Shown here: positions 6,285 to 6,954 of the stretch, piece after piece | How the letters are laid out: each line of letters starts with the position of its first letter | Position numbering within the stretch: position 1 is the stretch's first letter | From: Octopus sinensis | Lineage: Eukaryota | Assembly: GCF_006345805.1 (NCBI RefSeq) | Contig: NW_021828984.1 | Location: 1 to 6,954 of the forward strand | DNA length: 6,954 nucleotides | Reading direction: 5' to 3' | Position numbers and translations under genes: made by a program | The notes under the pieces: model-generated | What the model was told of the DNA's origin: nothing | The model's database searches: none | The model's input: the letters and a program-made list of their open reading frames with translations, nothing else

Positions 6285-6954
6285 TTCTTGCCCACAGGGG
6301 CTGACCATAGAGGGGACAAGCAAGTATAAAGGGATTAAGTAAGTTCGATACATCGACTCCAGTGCGTAACTGGTACTTAATTAATCGACCCCGAAAGATG
6401 AAATGCAAAGTCGACCTCGACAGAATTTGAACTCAGAACTAACGGCAGCTCACCGCCCTGAAAATTCCCACTTATTCATCCATATTCTTTTCTACTCTCG
6501 CACAAGGCTAGAAAACTTTGGAGTGAGGCAGTCGATTAGATCGACCCAGTATGCAATTAGTACTAATTTATCGAGCCTGAAAGGGTGAAAGACAAGTCGA
6601 CCTCGGCGGGATTTGGAACTCACAACGTAACGGCAGGCGAAATACCTATTCTTTACGACCTACAGGGCTAAACACAGAGAGGACAAACAAGGACAGACAA
6701 ACGGATTAAGTCGATTATATCGACCCAGTGCGTACTGGTACTTAATTTATCGACCCTGAAATGATGAAAAGCAAAGTCGACCTCGTTGAATTTTGAACTC
6801 AGAACGTAAACGGCAGACTAAATACCTATTTCTTTATTACCCACAAGGGGCTAAACACAGAGGACAAACAAGGACAGACAAACAGATTAAGTCGATACAT
6901 CGACCCCCATTGCGTAATGGCACTTATTCAATCGACCCCGAAAGAATCAAATAC
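6285..6954 (-). mobile_element. Head-to-tail array of at least four 5'-truncated units of a second tRNA-derived SINE (family B, Nin/Deu-like core)
   Basis: Units at ~6285-6448, 6484-6646, 6647-6826 and 6827-window end. The three complete units share ATCGA..CC.GAAA..TGAAA..CAAAGTCGACCTCG..GAATTTGAACTC (B-box GAGTTCAAATTC on the minus strand). The minus-strand core CTTTCATC.TTTCGGGGTCGAT.AATTAAGTACC resembles the Nin/Deu SINE core as I recall it; not verified by alignment. Confidence 0.85.

Noticed and set aside
6205-6588. ORFs 6205-6408 (-) and 6403-6588 (+)
   Set aside because: Short chance frames across SINE units.
6285-6954. CRISPR-like reading of the palindromic repeats
   Set aside because: The intervening sequences are homologous to each other rather than unique spacers, the period is 160-200 bp, there are no cas genes, and the context is eukaryotic.

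Overview
AT-rich, microsatellite-dense eukaryotic non-coding DNA (intergenic or intronic) with no intact protein-coding gene. All listed ORFs are artefacts of simple repeats or retroposons. The repeat families look like high-copy coleoid cephalopod (Octopus-type) repeats; this is recognition from memory, not a database search. From left to right: a decayed tRNA-derived SINE (+, ~356-683); a 43/44-bp foldback (781-939); the dead 3' end of a CR1/L2-group LINE (+, 1238-1584); a younger copy of the first SINE (-, 1601-1982) lying tail-to-tail with the LINE and sharing its 3' terminal sequence; a non-autonomous Helitron-like element with internal 100-bp subrepeats (2000-2493); a unique stretch with four CACCTG E-boxes (2898-2996); a ~1-kb non-coding element bounded by ~133-bp direct repeats and embedded in (TA)n (3193-4196); long (TTC)n, (ATT)n and (AAT)n tracts; and a head-to-tail array of at least four units of a second SINE family (-, 6285-6954). 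The most interesting candidates are the direct-repeat-bounded element with hammerhead-like core remnants, the adjacent SINE/LINE pair with shared tails, and a double-hairpin core shared by both SINE families.
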